Notes under the pieces: generated by a model
What the model was told of the DNA's origin: nothing
Database searches by the model: none
Seen by the model: the letters and a program-made list of their open reading frames with translations, nothing else
NCBI GenBank assembly: GCA_013239625.1
Contig: MU053652.1
Coordinates: forward strand, 124,001-188,000
Source of the DNA: Lama guanicoe
Lineage: Eukaryota
Direction: 5' to 3'
DNA length: 64,000 nt
In this document: piece after piece, positions 12,856 to 26,410 of the stretch
How positions within the stretch are numbered: the stretch's first letter is position 1
How the letters are laid out: every line of letters starts with the position of its first letter
Position numbers and translations under genes: made by a program

Positions 12856-14240
12856 AAGGAAATCTTTTTTATCCTAAGCAAGATTTCATACTTTTCCTTC
12901 TCTCCTCTCCTCTTCCCATCCTACTGCATCTGCATGTCATATACACACTCATTTTTGAGGTCCATTCCTCAATGACAAGAAGAATTTAAAATATAAATAG
13001 ATAGGGGAAGGAGGGTAGAGGAAAAGGAACAAGCCAGCTGGATCGAGGGCCTCCAAATCTCAGGGGGACTGGCTGATGTTAGTGCAGCTTGGAGACCGCC
13101 TCATCATTTAGTGAAACACAGAGAAGAGAGAGATGCATTTGCTATTCTAAAAAGCCGCAGTCGGTAAATGCAAATGTGCCCTATTGGAGAAAACCAAATT
13201 AAAGGAACTGCTGGGAATTCTCTGCGTAGTTAAGCAGAACAACGTTCCCCCGTTAAGGCCATGTTTACTCTTCAGAAATCACATACCCTAAAGCACGGAA
13301 ACCTAGACATGCATCATTTTCAGGAAGGATATGTTACATTAGCCCGGTCCTGTCCTTCAAAGGAAGAAACACAAAATCCATCACTGCCCTGAACAGCTTC
13401 TGCAAAGAGCAGGAACTCCAGGGCTCACATCCGACTCTGCTTTGAGGTGACTGGTGTCTGCGTGGTCAGAAACTTGGCCTTCCTCAGGCCACTGCTACAC
13501 TCCAATGTGAAGATAGTTTGAAAGATTGTAGACCAGGGAAGCACCTTCCAAAGCCAGAGACAGGTAACTGGCAAATAAACAGGGATGTGGAGAGCTCATG
13601 CCCAGTTCCTAAAATTTGTCACTGGGTCAGTTGCAATGATCGATTCAAGATGTATATTCTTTGCTTAAATGGCTAAAGGAACTTTCTTCCAATTGTTCTG
13701 TCTCCATCTTCAACCAGCCTGTATTGGTTTTGGGTTATAGAAATTCACTCAGCCGAGCCCAGGTTAAAAGGAGATTGGTTTCTGTGATCTCATAAGGACA
13801 AATAAAATAAAATAAAGTAAAAATAAAATAACAAAACCAGAGCGTGCAAGGGTGTATCTGAATCTCTCTGAGTCCCTGTCTCTGTCTGTGTCTCTCCCTG
13901 TCTCTCCATCTCTAGGCCTATGTCCCTCCTTTTGTGGGTGTTTCTCCTCTTGCTTTCTCTTGTCTGGCAAGAGATTCATTCCCACAGCTCCCGGAGGATT
14001 TGTCTTCAATGCAGGCAACAAGCAGAGACTGACACCATCTCTGATTCTCAATTCCGGATTCCTAGAAAATAGAAACTTGTGAACAACAACAAAAAATACT
14101 CCCAGCCTTTATGGAATTATAATTTCATGGAGAGGAAAAGACACTACCAAAACAGGCACATACGTTTATAAATTGCAAGGTGAGAGGCAGTGGTACACAG
14201 AAGGACGGACCGCCGGGGGAGAGGAGAATGGTGGGGGCAG

Positions 14241-14607
14241 TGCTGTAGACACTCTGGTCAGTATGAGTCCCTCCAAAATGCGTATGTTGAAACCTAACCC
14301 CCAAGTGATGGTATCTGGAGGTGGAGCCTTTGGGAGGTGCTTAGGTCATGAGGGTGGATCCCTCATGAACGGGATTAGTGTCCCTATAAAAGAGGCCTCA
14401 GAGAGCTCCCTCACGCCTTCTGCCCTGTGAGGACATAGTGAGAAGGTGGCCGTCTATGAACCAGGAAGAAGCTCCTCACCAGACGCAGAATCTGCCAGCT
14501 TGGTCTTGGGCCGCCCAGCCTCCCAAACTGTGAGAAAATACATTTCTGTTGTTAAGAAGCCACCCAGGCTATGGGATTCTGTTAGAGTAGCCCAAGCAGA
14601 CTAAGTC
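14241..14607 (+). mobile_element. MaLR solo LTR, MLT1A0-like
   Basis: ccctccaaaatgcgtatgttgaaacctaacccccaagtgatggtat...gggattagtgtccctataaaagaggc...cccaagcagactaag. Confidence 0.85.
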
Positions 14608-14619
14608 TGGGGGGTTATA

Positions 14620-15620
14620 TAGATTGGGGGCTCTGGGAAGTGCTGTCCTGAGGGAGTGACACTTAAGGTGAACCCTGAGCAAGAGGTAGGAACAAGATTC
14701 CAGACCAGGCAACCACAGGAACAAAGCCGCAGGGCAGGGAAGAGCTGAGTTTATTTGAGAAATTTTATGCCAGTGCAGCCAGAGGATGAACTGGGATAAG
14801 TCTCAGGAGTCACACAGGCTGGGTCTCACAGCCCCACTGTGGCATTTGATTGGCAGGGCCATGGGAAGCAACGAACGAGTTTTAAGCAGATGCATCATTT
14901 TTGGTTTTTGAAAGATCATTGTGGTGAGAGCATGAACTGATACCTGGGAAGGAACAGTGGAAGCAGGCGGGTCAGTTAGGAGTGACTGAGAGTCCAGAGG
15001 AGAAACTACACTGGCTTCTTAGTCCAAGGCTGTGACCACAGAGATGAAGTGAAAAGGATTCCAGATTAATTTGGGAGACAGAAATGACAGATGTTGGGAT
15101 GTATTTTATTGGGGGCAGGGGAGTGAGATAAAGGGTAGAGCCAAGACTGCTCTGGTCTGAGCTGCTGGGTGGATGCAGGTGCCAGTATTGAGACCAGAAG
15201 CCCTGGAGCAGAAGCAGACAGAGCAGGAGAACCTGCTCCTTTTCGGACCCATGAAGTATCAACTATCTCTGAAACATCAGAGTTGAAGAGCAGGTCATTG
15301 TGCATATTCACCTAGTGCTCAGAAGCGGGGTCTGGCCGAGAAGGATCCATTTTAGAGGCATCAGGATAAAGAGGTTTTTGGTTGTTTTTTTTTTTTTTTA
15401 AATCATGGCAGTGGGTTCATTCACCCAAAGAGAAAGTGAAGAGTGAAAGGAGAAGAGGGCCCAGGACTGAGAGTGGACAACTCTAACATCTAGAGCTTAG
15501 GTAGAAGAAAATCATCTAGGAGGTCTGAGAGGCAATGGCCAGAGAGGAAGGAGGAAAACCAGGCGAATGGGCTATCGCAGAGCAAGGAAGCGGTGGGAGT
15601 TGAAAGCTGGAACAAAGGCT
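14620..15620 (-). mobile_element. L2 LINE fragment
   Basis: Purine-rich degenerate L2 motifs (ttttaagcag...aaagatcatt, ggcaatggccagagaggaaggaggaaaaccagg). Confidence 0.6.
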
Positions 15621-15814
15621 ACTGACATAGTCACCTAAACCAACACAAGTTCAAAGCCTAAGTGTGGGGGTGGGGCCATCAGTTCCCCAGAAGATGTCAT
15701 ACATAGCTAGTGAGAGCACTATTCCTACTTTCCTCCTAGCCCCTTCCTGTTTTACAGCTATTCTAGGTAAACTTTTTACTCTAAACTCCACCTATAAACT
15801 GTAAACATCCAGTT

Positions 15815-15936
15815 ATCCATCTGGCTAATTATCCATCCATCCATCCATCCAACCATCCATCCATCCATCTATTCATCCATCCATCCACCTATCTGTCCAT
15901 CCACTTATCCCTCCATCCATTCATCCATCCATCCAC
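15815..15936. repeat. (CCAT)n imperfect tetranucleotide repeat
   Basis: atccatccatccatccatcc... seen directly. Confidence 0.9.
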
Positions 15937-17759
15937 CGTGCCTCACGTACAAGCAATGATATCCAGTCTGGTGTTTGGCCTTGGTAAAGCACCTTGGATC
16001 CCAGTTTAATTATGTTGAGTTTGTAGTAGTAATCATAGCAATGATAGGAACACCATGATTGGAACCACCTTCCTCTTAATGAAGAGAAGGAATATTTCTA
16101 GCTTCCAAATTACCCACTCTGTGTTTTCACACAGCCAAGATGGCCTCTCACCCATTGAAGGTTCCTCTTCCTCTCAGTTCACTTGGTTTCTTTCAACATT
16201 TGCATTTTTTTTCAGCTTGTCAGCACGAAAAACTCTTCTGTAGCAATGCCTTAAAGGTCAGTGTAGTACCGCCATAGAGACTGATGAGACTATTTCCTGT
16301 AGGGCTACACCTGACAGTGAGCCTCTTTCTCTCCTTGCAGCTGATGCCCGTCCTATCTTAGCCAGCATCCCTGCCCAATGCCAGTGCTCTCACTAACTGA
16401 TGCTGGCTAGTAGGTCCCTTCCTCCTGCTATCACCTGGACTTGCCTTTTTACAGATCATTTATCCATCCAGATTTGGAATAATGGCAGACTTCACTTGAA
16501 CTTCCCCACACAGATGCACATATTCCTTAAGGACCCTCTGTGACACCGATTATAAACTAAGACACTAGTCATCATTCCTTAAACCTTCTACTGTGTCAGA
16601 ATTTACCTATTGTCAGTTTTCTCTTTCCCTAGACTGTTTCAAAGCAGCTTACAAATGGTTCTTTCACTCCACACCAGCTGTAGCCCCTGGGACTCTCTCT
16701 GCCACTTGGTCCATTCAAATTATGCTCAGTCCAGCCCAGATTTTCACACATGGAGACCATCCTTCATCTTTCTTTAGGGGAATATATCACATAGTGCTCA
16801 GCTTTTTTACGTTCTCTTTTCACTAAACTCTGAGCCAACTCCATCAGCAGGTGGCCTCACGTAATTTTGGAATTAGGTAGGGGTGTAAATCCTTAGGAAA
16901 ATAGATAGACTCTGTCAGCTTGTGTTTGCTGTGGCAGGTGATGAATTAGGGGGATTAAATTTCCAGCAAGCGAGAGTTGTTAATGCTGCCATGAATCTAC
17001 CAAAAAGAGGTTCCTGACTGTCTTTCCCTGGGGGGGTCTTTCCAAATAAAATGAACCTGCCTCAGATGATTTAGGGGGACAGATTAGATAACTTTACGAA
17101 ATTCCTTTCGGTCCTGAGTTGCTCCTATTCGTTTCTCCCCAATGCTGCCCTCTAACTTCAGAAGCATGAGTGAAGTTATGTCTTGATGGATTGCACCCAT
17201 CCCCCCCACCAACCTGTGTTCTCTGTTGCCCCGATTGTATTGATGGGGTGCAGTGGACTTCTTGTAAATCCATCAAAAACACATCTGAAGCATACTCTGG
17301 GATACATACTAACTCTAGGAACCTGATGTCCTTTTATTTCTGTCCCTGAATAACAATTAAGCATCTGTTCCCGTACTTGACCAGCTCTTGGGTTTGCTGA
17401 TTTGCTGATTCTCTTTCCCGTGTTCATCTCTCCAAGTTTTGAGTGAATGGGCACTTCTGTGAGGCACTGAAAGTCTCCTGAGAAATAATTAAGCCATGGA
17501 ATTCTTTGCTTGAGAGGGTAACTACGAATTCAGAAGCATATTCTTGTGAAGCCTGCTGAATTTAAAAGCCAAAGAGGATTGACTCACGCCATCTTGCTCA
17601 GCACAGGTGCAAAGGGTGGATTAACTGGGTTCGTGCTATTCCAGCAACTCACTTGCTCCACAAACACTACCAAGCACCCACTGTATGTGGCGCCCGGTGC
17701 TGGGGAAATGCCCAGAGACAGCATCTTCTCCAGCCCAGGAGGAAGAGAGTGCAAGGGAG

Positions 17760-18070
17760 AGGCAGAGAGCCTTGATTCTGGAGCCAGACACACATGCACT
17801 TCTAACCCTGCCCTCACCGCTTCACAGCTGGGTGACCACCAAATCCACCAGTGCCTTTGTCTTGGACTTCCCAGCCACCAGAACTGGGAGAAATAAATGT
17901 TTGTTGTTCAATTTAAAAAAAAATGTTAAAGCCTGCTAAGCTTCGGTTTCTTCTCTGTGAAATGGGGGTAAATCTAAGACTGTTGTGAGTTTTAGGTGAA
18001 CCAACGAATGGGAAGTGTTCAACCAGCATCACCAGTGTCCAAGGTGCATTAAACACGTAGTGACTACTCC
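17760..18070 (+). mobile_element. MIR interrupted by an MLT1A-type LTR fragment (17838-17923)
   Basis: MIR 5' half (ctggagccagacac...cagctgggtgacc) and 3' half (gcttcggtttcttctctgtgaaatggggg) flank cttggacttcccagccaccagaactgggagaaataaatg + A9. Confidence 0.7.
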
Positions 18071-19919
18071 TGACCCCTGAATTTAACTGGGCTGTTTTGT
18101 TTAAGGCAAGTCTCGGTGCAGGGCTGCATTCAAAGAAATACACAGAAGGCTGTGAAAGGTAATATATGCCTCCCTGGAAGTGTCTTAAGGAGGCAGAGAG
18201 AGAACTTAGAGCTGGGCTCCCCAGCCAGTCTGTTCACTCCTCTCCCTCCCCTCATCCCACTTCTTAACCAAAGACCCCACTTCTCTGCTTCTTGTAAATC
18301 CTCCTTGCTCTGTCCGAGCCCCCTGGCTCTCATGCTTTCTTCTTCACTTTGAAACCACCTCCAGCACACCCCAGCCCACTTTCCTGCAGCCAGGAAGCCT
18401 GCTATGAGAGTGTCCTGAATTGGTTTTAAGCCATGCTAGACGGGTATTGGCATTTTAAGGATTGTGGAGACCGTTAGCCAGAGGCAAGTGACTTTTCCCA
18501 TCTATACTGAATAAAACTTGATTTTAAGGAGAAAATCTACAGGAGAATCTGAAAGGATGGAGGAGAAAGTGAAAGGCAAAGTTCTCCCCTGCTTCGCAAG
18601 ACAGAATGCACCTGTCCTCCAGAGCAGGGAGGGTGTAACTGTTCCAATACATTCACCTGGGAGGAAAGAAATGTCACTGGTCACAGGGAGGTGTGAGTGG
18701 CTTGCATTTCAGTCCTCTGCAGAGCCCATGGTTACTCCACATCATCACTGCAAGGACACAGCTTCCTGCAGGAGTTCTGAGAACGTGGTGAGCGCCCCAC
18801 GCCTCTCTCTTCTCTGGGGCCCACCAAGGTAGGCATGCACGTCTGCAGCAGGCTCGGAAGAAGGTGTGTTGGTTGCATCACTGGTCATCCAGGCTCCCCA
18901 CTCCTGGGTCAGGCTGACTTCCCAAGTCATAGCGCATCTCCAAAGAGGAAGGAAGCATTAAAGGATCTGGATTCTACATGAAGTTGATGCCCAGACCCTA
19001 CTAAGAGCCCCAAAGCTTCCTGTGGCTGTGGATTTGATCTGGCCACCGTGAGAGTGGATATCTGGAGGCACATTCAGCAACAGCTCTCTTATGCAGGAGA
19101 CAGAGCCTTCTCCATTAACCTTGGCTGTGTGTTTCATCTGATGCATTTCAAGGTGGACAGAGGGCAGAAAGAGATTAAAGTTAATTGAGTCATCCCCTGT
19201 GCCAGGAGCTTTACTGTGTAATATACTGAATTCTCGGGTTTATGATAGATATATGCTATTATTCCCTTCTACAGATGAAGAAACTAAGCTGCAGGTTGTT
19301 AACAACTTGCATAAGGTCACAACACCAGATAAGAAGCAGAGTCGAGGTTTGAAGCCAGTTCCATCTGATTCCAAATATGTGTTTACTTTTCCCATATTCC
19401 ACACATTTTCCCCTGCTTTGGTATCTTACATTAAAATTCAAGCCCATTAACTCTTTTAATCCAACTTTACACATTCCTAAATTAAGGCTTGATAGCAAAA
19501 TCCTCAAAACAAATTCATTTTCACAGAAAAAAAATTACACAAACTGAATGCAATTAAAATCATCCCTCCACCCAATGCTCAAAGCACAGCCCACAGCCTG
19601 CCAGTTTCGTGTCTGGATTTATTTACTCCTGTGCATGTTCAGGATGGACACATGACCGTGACATCTGACATATGAGTCAGATGGAATTTCTCCACAAATG
19701 GAGGAGGACACTCTCTTTTTGAGAACAGCGTGGTCAAGGTTGCACCCTGGCCAAGGCTCACCGAGCAGCCCCAATGCCCAAATCATACTGAACATTCAAC
19801 ACTGCCCATTCACCATTTCAGGAGCCAAAATATATCTATCTGGGTAATTTTTTTTTCACAAAATGTCAAATCAAACAGTGAATGGACCTAGCTCCTTTCC
19901 TTCTAAAGCACATTGGATA

Positions 19920-20181
19920 ACTTACTGTTACCAGAGGGGAAAAAGGGTGGAGAGGGATAAATTGGGAGTTCAGGATTTGTAGATACTAACTACTATATGT
20001 AAAATAGATAAACAACAAGATCCTACTGTGTAGCACAGGGAACTATATTCAGTATCTTGTAATGGCCTATAATGAAAAAGAATATGAAAAGAAATACATA
20101 TATATGTATAAATGAGTCACTATTCTGTACACCAGAAATTAACACAACATTGTAAATCACTCTACTTTGATTTAAAAAAAA
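19920..20181 (+). mobile_element. Lineage-specific L1 3' end
   Basis: gggataaattgggagttcaggatttgtagatactaactac...gcacagggaactatattcagtatcttg...A-tail. Confidence 0.88.
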
Positions 20182-20486
20182 GAGAAATGCCTTTTGCCAC
20201 ATCAAGAAACACATTCTTTCAAGTTTTTCCTTACTTGAAAAAAATAATAAGCACATTGCCCCAATGGGCTTCCTTTGGTCACCCAGGTAACGAATTCTCC
20301 ACACTGCCAGGTGAAGGACCAAAAAGAAAAAATATATCCTAGATTAAAAAGAAAGGAGTCCCTTAATCATTACCCACCGAGTCTGGAAAGTCTGCACAGA
20401 GTGTGCCCCTATTAACGCTTTCCTTCAGAAAAGGTACTTCTTAACTGGCACCTGGCTTTTTTTTTCTTTTATTTCTAATTTATCTT

Positions 20487-22143
20487 CCTTTCAAATAACA
20501 TGAGGGTCTCTAAGGAGATAGGAGGGGAGGGAGGGGCTCAAAGAGAAGGAATAATTGCAAACTGAGGGAAGTCAATGGGCCCCAGAAACTGGGTTCTTTT
20601 CTCATTTCCTCTGTCCCTTGTAAGTAGGACCCAGAGGTCCATCCTGAGTTGCTGAGCAGTTGGGCAGAGAAAAATATTCTGCAAAAATGAAGCAGAGCAT
20701 CAACTCTGAATATCTGAGGCAGTGCTCAGGAGATGGGGAGAAGCAGCCAAGCCCGAATGTCCTCTCTGTCACTAGGCCTCCAGGATGTCCCTGGAGATTT
20801 TGTGTCTGAGGCTGGTCCACCCTCGATTGGAAGAAGCGGTTTCCGAGGCTCCCCACACGGTCGCCTGCACTGGGTGGCCTCGCTGCCCGAGACAACAACA
20901 GTCACTTGCTGTTCTGCTTCTCAAACCTCCTGAGAACCTCTCCTGGGGGGTCTCCGCCAAGGACTGAGTCCACTTTCTCTGGGTCCCCATGTCTGGCATG
21001 CTGTTGACTCTGCATTAAAATGCTGCTGACACCTGCCAGTAAAGGAACGGGGGGGTGGGGGTGAGAAACCTCTGAAGCCTCGTGGTGCATTAGCAACTTA
21101 CAAGTTGAGGAAACCATCACTGGAAACTTAGGTTGGAAAATGCGTTACCAGCCAAGTACGTGGCCATTAAGGTTCTTAACCAGATGTAAGGCAGAAAAGC
21201 ACAGCAGCAAAGCCCCTCTCCCACCCTCCCAGCTACTTGGAACAGCAAGGTGCACAACCAGTTCAAGTGTGCATCGTGCAGACAACCCATGCCAGAGACT
21301 TCAGGTGCCTGTGATTAGTGGCAGAGGGGAGTTGGCCCAGATTTATAGATTTCCCTATGATGAGATCATTACTTTATACACGTATCCAATTCTGCATGAA
21401 GAGTTTCTTTGTAATCCCTTTACAACTTTCTACAAGTTAACGTAAAGTAGGAAGCAAGGAGCTTATAGACAAAACTTGGACTTTGGTAGAAGATGCCCAT
21501 GGATCCCAAGGTCTGAAAACTCAGGAGCTCTGACTTTAAATGACCTAGAGGTCCCTTAAGTTGTAATTTTGTGCCTCAGTCTTCCTATCTGTAAATTGGA
21601 GAGAAGACCACTTGTGTGTCCTATAAGACTACTGAAAGGGTAAGAATTTTAAGAGATCAAAAATGTGCTGCAGACATTAACTACACGTGCAATATATAAG
21701 GTTCCTTTATTCTGAGACATCAAGGCATATCAAGTAAACTCACTGGGCTAATATATACTGAGCATGTACTGTGGGTGGCCAGGAAGTGATGGGGAGGTGG
21801 GGGGTGGACCAGCCTCAGACACAAAACCTCCAGGGACATACTGGAGACCAAGTGACAGAGAGGACATTAAGGCTTGGCTGCTTCTCTTCTACCCATCTCC
21901 TGAGCACTACCTCAGATATTCAGAGAATTGATGCTCTGCTTCATTTTTGCAGAAGTCTTTTCTCTGCCCAATATCTCAGCAAGTCAGGGTGGACCTCTGG
22001 GTCCTTTTGGTGAGGGATGGGAAAATTGATAAAAGAACACGGTTTCTGGGGCTCATTGACTTCCCTCAATTTGCAATTATTTCTTCTCTTTGAGACCTTC
22101 TCTTCCCTCATCTCCTTGTAGATCCGTTTGTCATTTGGAAAGG
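20487..22143. repeat. Diverged inverted repeat: arms ~20487-20822 and ~21802-22143, spacer ~1 kb
   Basis: ttttgtgtctgaggctggtccaccc (left) vs gggtggaccagcctcagacacaaaa (right); gcaaaaatgaagcagagcatcaa vs ttgatgctctgcttcatttttgc; ORFs 20602..20898(-) and 21771..22013(+) share VDQPQTQNLQGH. Confidence 0.93.
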
Positions 22144-22199
22144 TCAGATCATCTGGGGAAGGTCAAATCTGACATCCAGTGACATCGCTGCTGCTGGTG

Positions 22200-22560
22200 A
22201 TGCAGCCGTGGACAGAGCGGCTAAGTCCCTGTCCTGAAGGAACTTACATTCTAGTCAGAGAAGACAGAAAATATAATGTGGTATGACATGATACAGTGTG
22301 ATATAGTATGATAAGATATAACATATTTCAGGTGTTGATGAATATGCCTTAGGAATAAAGAAGGTAAGGGGCTGGAGGGGAATGAAGTGGGGGGAGGGGG
22401 TGTTGCTATTGCAGACGGGGTGGCCAGATACAGGTCTGTCTAACAGTCTGGCATCTAAGCAGGAAGCTGCATGCAGTGAGGAAGTGAGCGATGTGGACAT
22501 TTGAGGAAGGACCACTCTAAGCAGAGGGAACAACAAAATGCAAAGTCTCACCCCTGCTCA
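22200..22560 (-). mobile_element. L2 LINE fragment
   Basis: gtccctgtcctgaaggaacttacattctag...gcagagggaacaacaaaatgcaaag. Confidence 0.6.
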
Positions 22561-25500
22561 GCATCACAGTCAGAGAAGGGACAAAGATTTGCCTCCTCCA
22601 GGGGAGGCTGAAAAAGCTGAGGTCCAGAGAGAAGCAGGGCATAGACCGGAGGTCTGCCTGTGGTCCCTGCTGCTCCATCAGGTAGCTGACTACCTGAGCC
22701 TGAGTTAAGAGCTGAGCTGTAGCAGCCTCTGCAGTTTTCTGAGACCTGAATTTCTCCAACTATGAAGATCCTTCTACCTTTTTTCTGTAAAACAGGGGTT
22801 GAATTGTGTGTGCCTCTGAAAATGGGAGCGGAAAGCTTGGTAAATGATCTTATATGAAACGACCCTCTTGTCTACCCCCACTCTGCCCGTGAGTGGGCAG
22901 CAGGCAAAACACCACCAGGGTCCCTGCACTTTATGCACAAAGTGCCTATTACCCTCTCACTAAATATTTTTTTCAAAGGCTTTAGCTAAATTACAAGCCA
23001 CTTTATAGTTTGAATATACCCCACTGTAGCATGTATATTATACTGAGCTATAAAATGCTTTGAGGTTTCTTAGGATGGGAATAGGTAGAAAATTACAGTC
23101 CATTATCATAATATATTTCTTTTCATTACTCTTTGTTATATTTCTTAGGCCTAACTAAAATAATTCTGCTGACTGTTTACAACCTTCAGATGTGAGTAGA
23201 TGGTCCCCAAGTTCCCCCAGATCATCATTTATGGAGCTCTACCATTCAGCTCTTTTAATCTTCCTTCGTAAATCCAGTTTCCCTCCCCCATCACTCTTGT
23301 ATCTTTCCTCCCAACACACAACCCATTTGTCGGTACCTGGATAGTAATTAGGTGCTCAGAGCGGAGCCCAGCCTTCCAGGTGGGGTCTCAGCAGGGTCGT
23401 CTGTTACTCTAAGTATTGCTTTGAAAATCCATTTCTGTTTCTCCTGTGCCCCGCATTTCACTCCAGACAGGACAAGACAAAGAGAGCACAAAGGAGAAAA
23501 GCACAGTTATTACCCAGACCCACAGAATGGGTCCCAGGAGGGAAGATGACAAAACTGGGCTGTGTTCCACTTAGAGCCCAGAAGCCGACACAGGAAGATG
23601 GTGCGAAGAGGGCAGGGATCCATTTTCTCCTCCATCTTCAGCAGCAGAGACATTTTGTCTTAAATGTTCTGAAACTGCATGGAGCTGAGCTTTCTGGGAT
23701 CTCTCTCCTTCCAGAAGTCACCAGAAGGCTCCTCTACAGCGAGATGAGACGCAAGGAAGAATGTCCCATCCCACGAGCATATGAGGACACAACCCAGCAA
23801 CGCACTCTCTCTTGTCCACATCCCCTCACCTCTGCACCTGCTCCTTCCTCCCCCAAGTCACTTCAAGGGACCTTCCCAGCTACTCACTCACCATGATCCA
23901 GGATTCACTCATTTTTCCATCAGCAGGTTGATGGAAGGAGAGAAAACCACACCAGCAGACAGCCTGGATGAGTTCACACCTCTGGCAGTTTTGTTTTTCC
24001 TCGTCTTGTGTGCCCACCCCAGCCCCATGTATACCATTTATCACAGAGCATGTATGTGACAGACACTTGGGAGACGGCCCCAAACAGTGGATTAGAATGT
24101 TTTTTAAAACCAGACAGCACTGGACTTGTTGCCTCATCCTCCCATCAGCTGTGTGATTTGACGTGGGTTACTCCACCACCCCAGACCTCAGTCTCCTCAT
24201 GTCTAAGACAGAAGCAAGCGTTTCACTGGGGTTCTGTGAGATGTGAGCAGACATAAGGAAAGCCCTTGATACAGAGCTGGCAATTTCTACGATGTTAGTT
24301 TCTCTCCCTTGGTGGGGGAAACCGGTAACTGTGGCTGGCTCTGGTAGACCTCACAATCTCGCACGCATACAAAATTTCTGTAATCATCTCTACTTATGGA
24401 AAATTCGTGTTGGGAGAGAAAAAAAGTTCAAAGAATACAATTAGTCTAATCCATTAGGAAGACAGCGCAGAAGTTCATAACCTAGCTTTGATCCGCAATT
24501 TGGAGGAAGGAGTTTCCAAATACTTGAGGGATCATTTCTCCCCCTTGATGTGCTGTTGGAATTTAACTTCCATTAACTATTACAGGCTTAATGAGTCGCA
24601 TCCAGGGGAAACATACCTTCTAGTGCTTAATGAACACAAAATAAAACATTTCCTTTTATCTTCAACATCTACCAGAGTAATTTGAATAATGATATTCATA
24701 TTCATGATGCATAAGACCCTTCCATCAGCTCAGAATTGTCACTACAGCGCCTATAGAATGCCAATAAGGACACTGAGATCTTTCTGATGACGCTATGATG
24801 ACGGCACTGCTGCTGCAGATGAATCACAGGGTCCCAGGTCAATAGAAGGTAAAGAACATTCTGCAGGAGCTGTGTCTTTCCACTGGAACGAGAGGAATTA
24901 GGAGGCCTTGAAATGATAACCTCCAGATAAAGCGCAAAGCACCTTTAATCCAGCAAGGATTCTTAACCTGACAGGTGAAAACAGGGCAGTGGCAACAGTG
25001 TGTGAGTTTCTGTAGTTTGCCCAGTTGGGATTAGAAGGGGCAGGCTTGGGAGTTTAAAAAGGACTGGGGGCTGGAGAGGGAGGGTTCAGGCTATAGTGTA
25101 GTCCTGAACTGAATGCCTCTGCGGTGAAGCCATCTCTCTCCCTCATTGTATCTGTGAGTTCCTTGAGGCATAAGGCTATGTCTTAGGTATCTTGACCTTC
25201 CTACCTCCTGGCACAGAGCTTGGTACTCAGTAGCCTAACAGTTTGGAAGCATTCACCATGGCCCAGACCCTGTGTTATGTGTTCTACATCATATCATTTT
25301 ACCCATTTCTCATTATAAGTCCATGAGGGAGGGAGGGAAGGAGTGGTATTATTCTCTTTTTATAGATTAAGAAGCTGAGGTTGGTTTAGAAAATTGTAAA
25401 AGCTTGCCCAAGGTCACCCAGTAGATGTTAGAGCAGAGAGTTGAACCCAGGTCTGTCTGGTGCCATAGCCGGTGGTCTGAGCTACAGGTGCTCAGTGAAA

Positions 25501-25637
25501 GGTTTGCTGAACAGCATTGGAGTCAAGGGTGGAGTCAGGGTGTGCAAAAGCTGCATTGTTTGTGTTCACGAGTCTGTGGGTAGAGGCAGTAACTCCAATA
25601 TGGGATAAATCTAGAGGGGATGTATATCATTCAATGG

Positions 25638-25810
25638 CAGGGATTGCAAACTTTTTCTGTAAAGGGCCAGATAGTCAATATTTTAGGCTTTGTCACAACT
25701 ACTCAACTCTGCCATTGTAGCATGGCTGAGGTCCAATAAAAATTATTCACAGAACAGGCAGTGGATGGATTTGCATCGCATCCCCCTCTGGAGTTTGCCA
25801 ACTCTTGCTG
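25638..25810. mobile_element. MER58A-like hAT MITE
   Basis: caggg...gcaaactttttctgtaaagggccagatagtcaatattttaggcttt...caactactcaactctgccattgtagc...agtttgccaactcttg. Confidence 0.8.
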
Positions 25811-25894
25811 TACATTGTCTTGCCAGCAAGGTCAATGGCCACATCAAGTAGGGGAACAGGTGTGCCCCAGAGAAGACAGAGCACAATTTGATGC

Positions 25895-26410
25895 TATCTG
25901 TCAGGATACCAGAGAGAAACAGATGACGCCCTCAAAGAGTTAATGAAACAAGAGTTTTACGATTAGACTTTCCAAGAGATGTGCACAGGGATAAGGGAGC
26001 CAACAAAGGACCATGAAACCTCCAGGGACTAGAAACTGCAGGAGGCAGTTACCACCCCAAGGCCTGAAGGGACAAACAGAGGACCATTATTATTGGAACT
26101 TGGTCTGAGCTACATTCATGGGAAAGGTTTGCAGCTTTCCATCAGGGTTTGCAGCGCAGGTAGAAAGATGCAGTCACTGCTAGAACCATGGCCTACGGGA
26201 TGAGGGGCAGGGGGGATAAGGAGCCCAGCCTCTCTCTCTTCCTGCCCTCTGATCTCCTGGCTGGTGCTTTCTATCTGCCAAACTCAGCAGGAACCCAGGG
26301 AGCAAGGGAGCCCAGGTGATGTGTCCCATAGCTGAGTTCCCAGGGTTCAGGGCAGGACAGAGAAGAGTGGGAAATGGATCAGGAGGTACGATGAAGAAAA
26401 ACCAGCACCA
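25895..26410 (-). mobile_element. ERVL LTR, LTR33-like
   Basis: gttaccaccccaaggcctgaagggaca...cctgccctctgatctcctg...gcaagggagcccaggtgat. Confidence 0.6.

Noticed and set aside
12467..12881. ORFs resembling a real protein
   Set aside because: Frameshifted C-terminal remnants of L1 ORF2 in a truncated element
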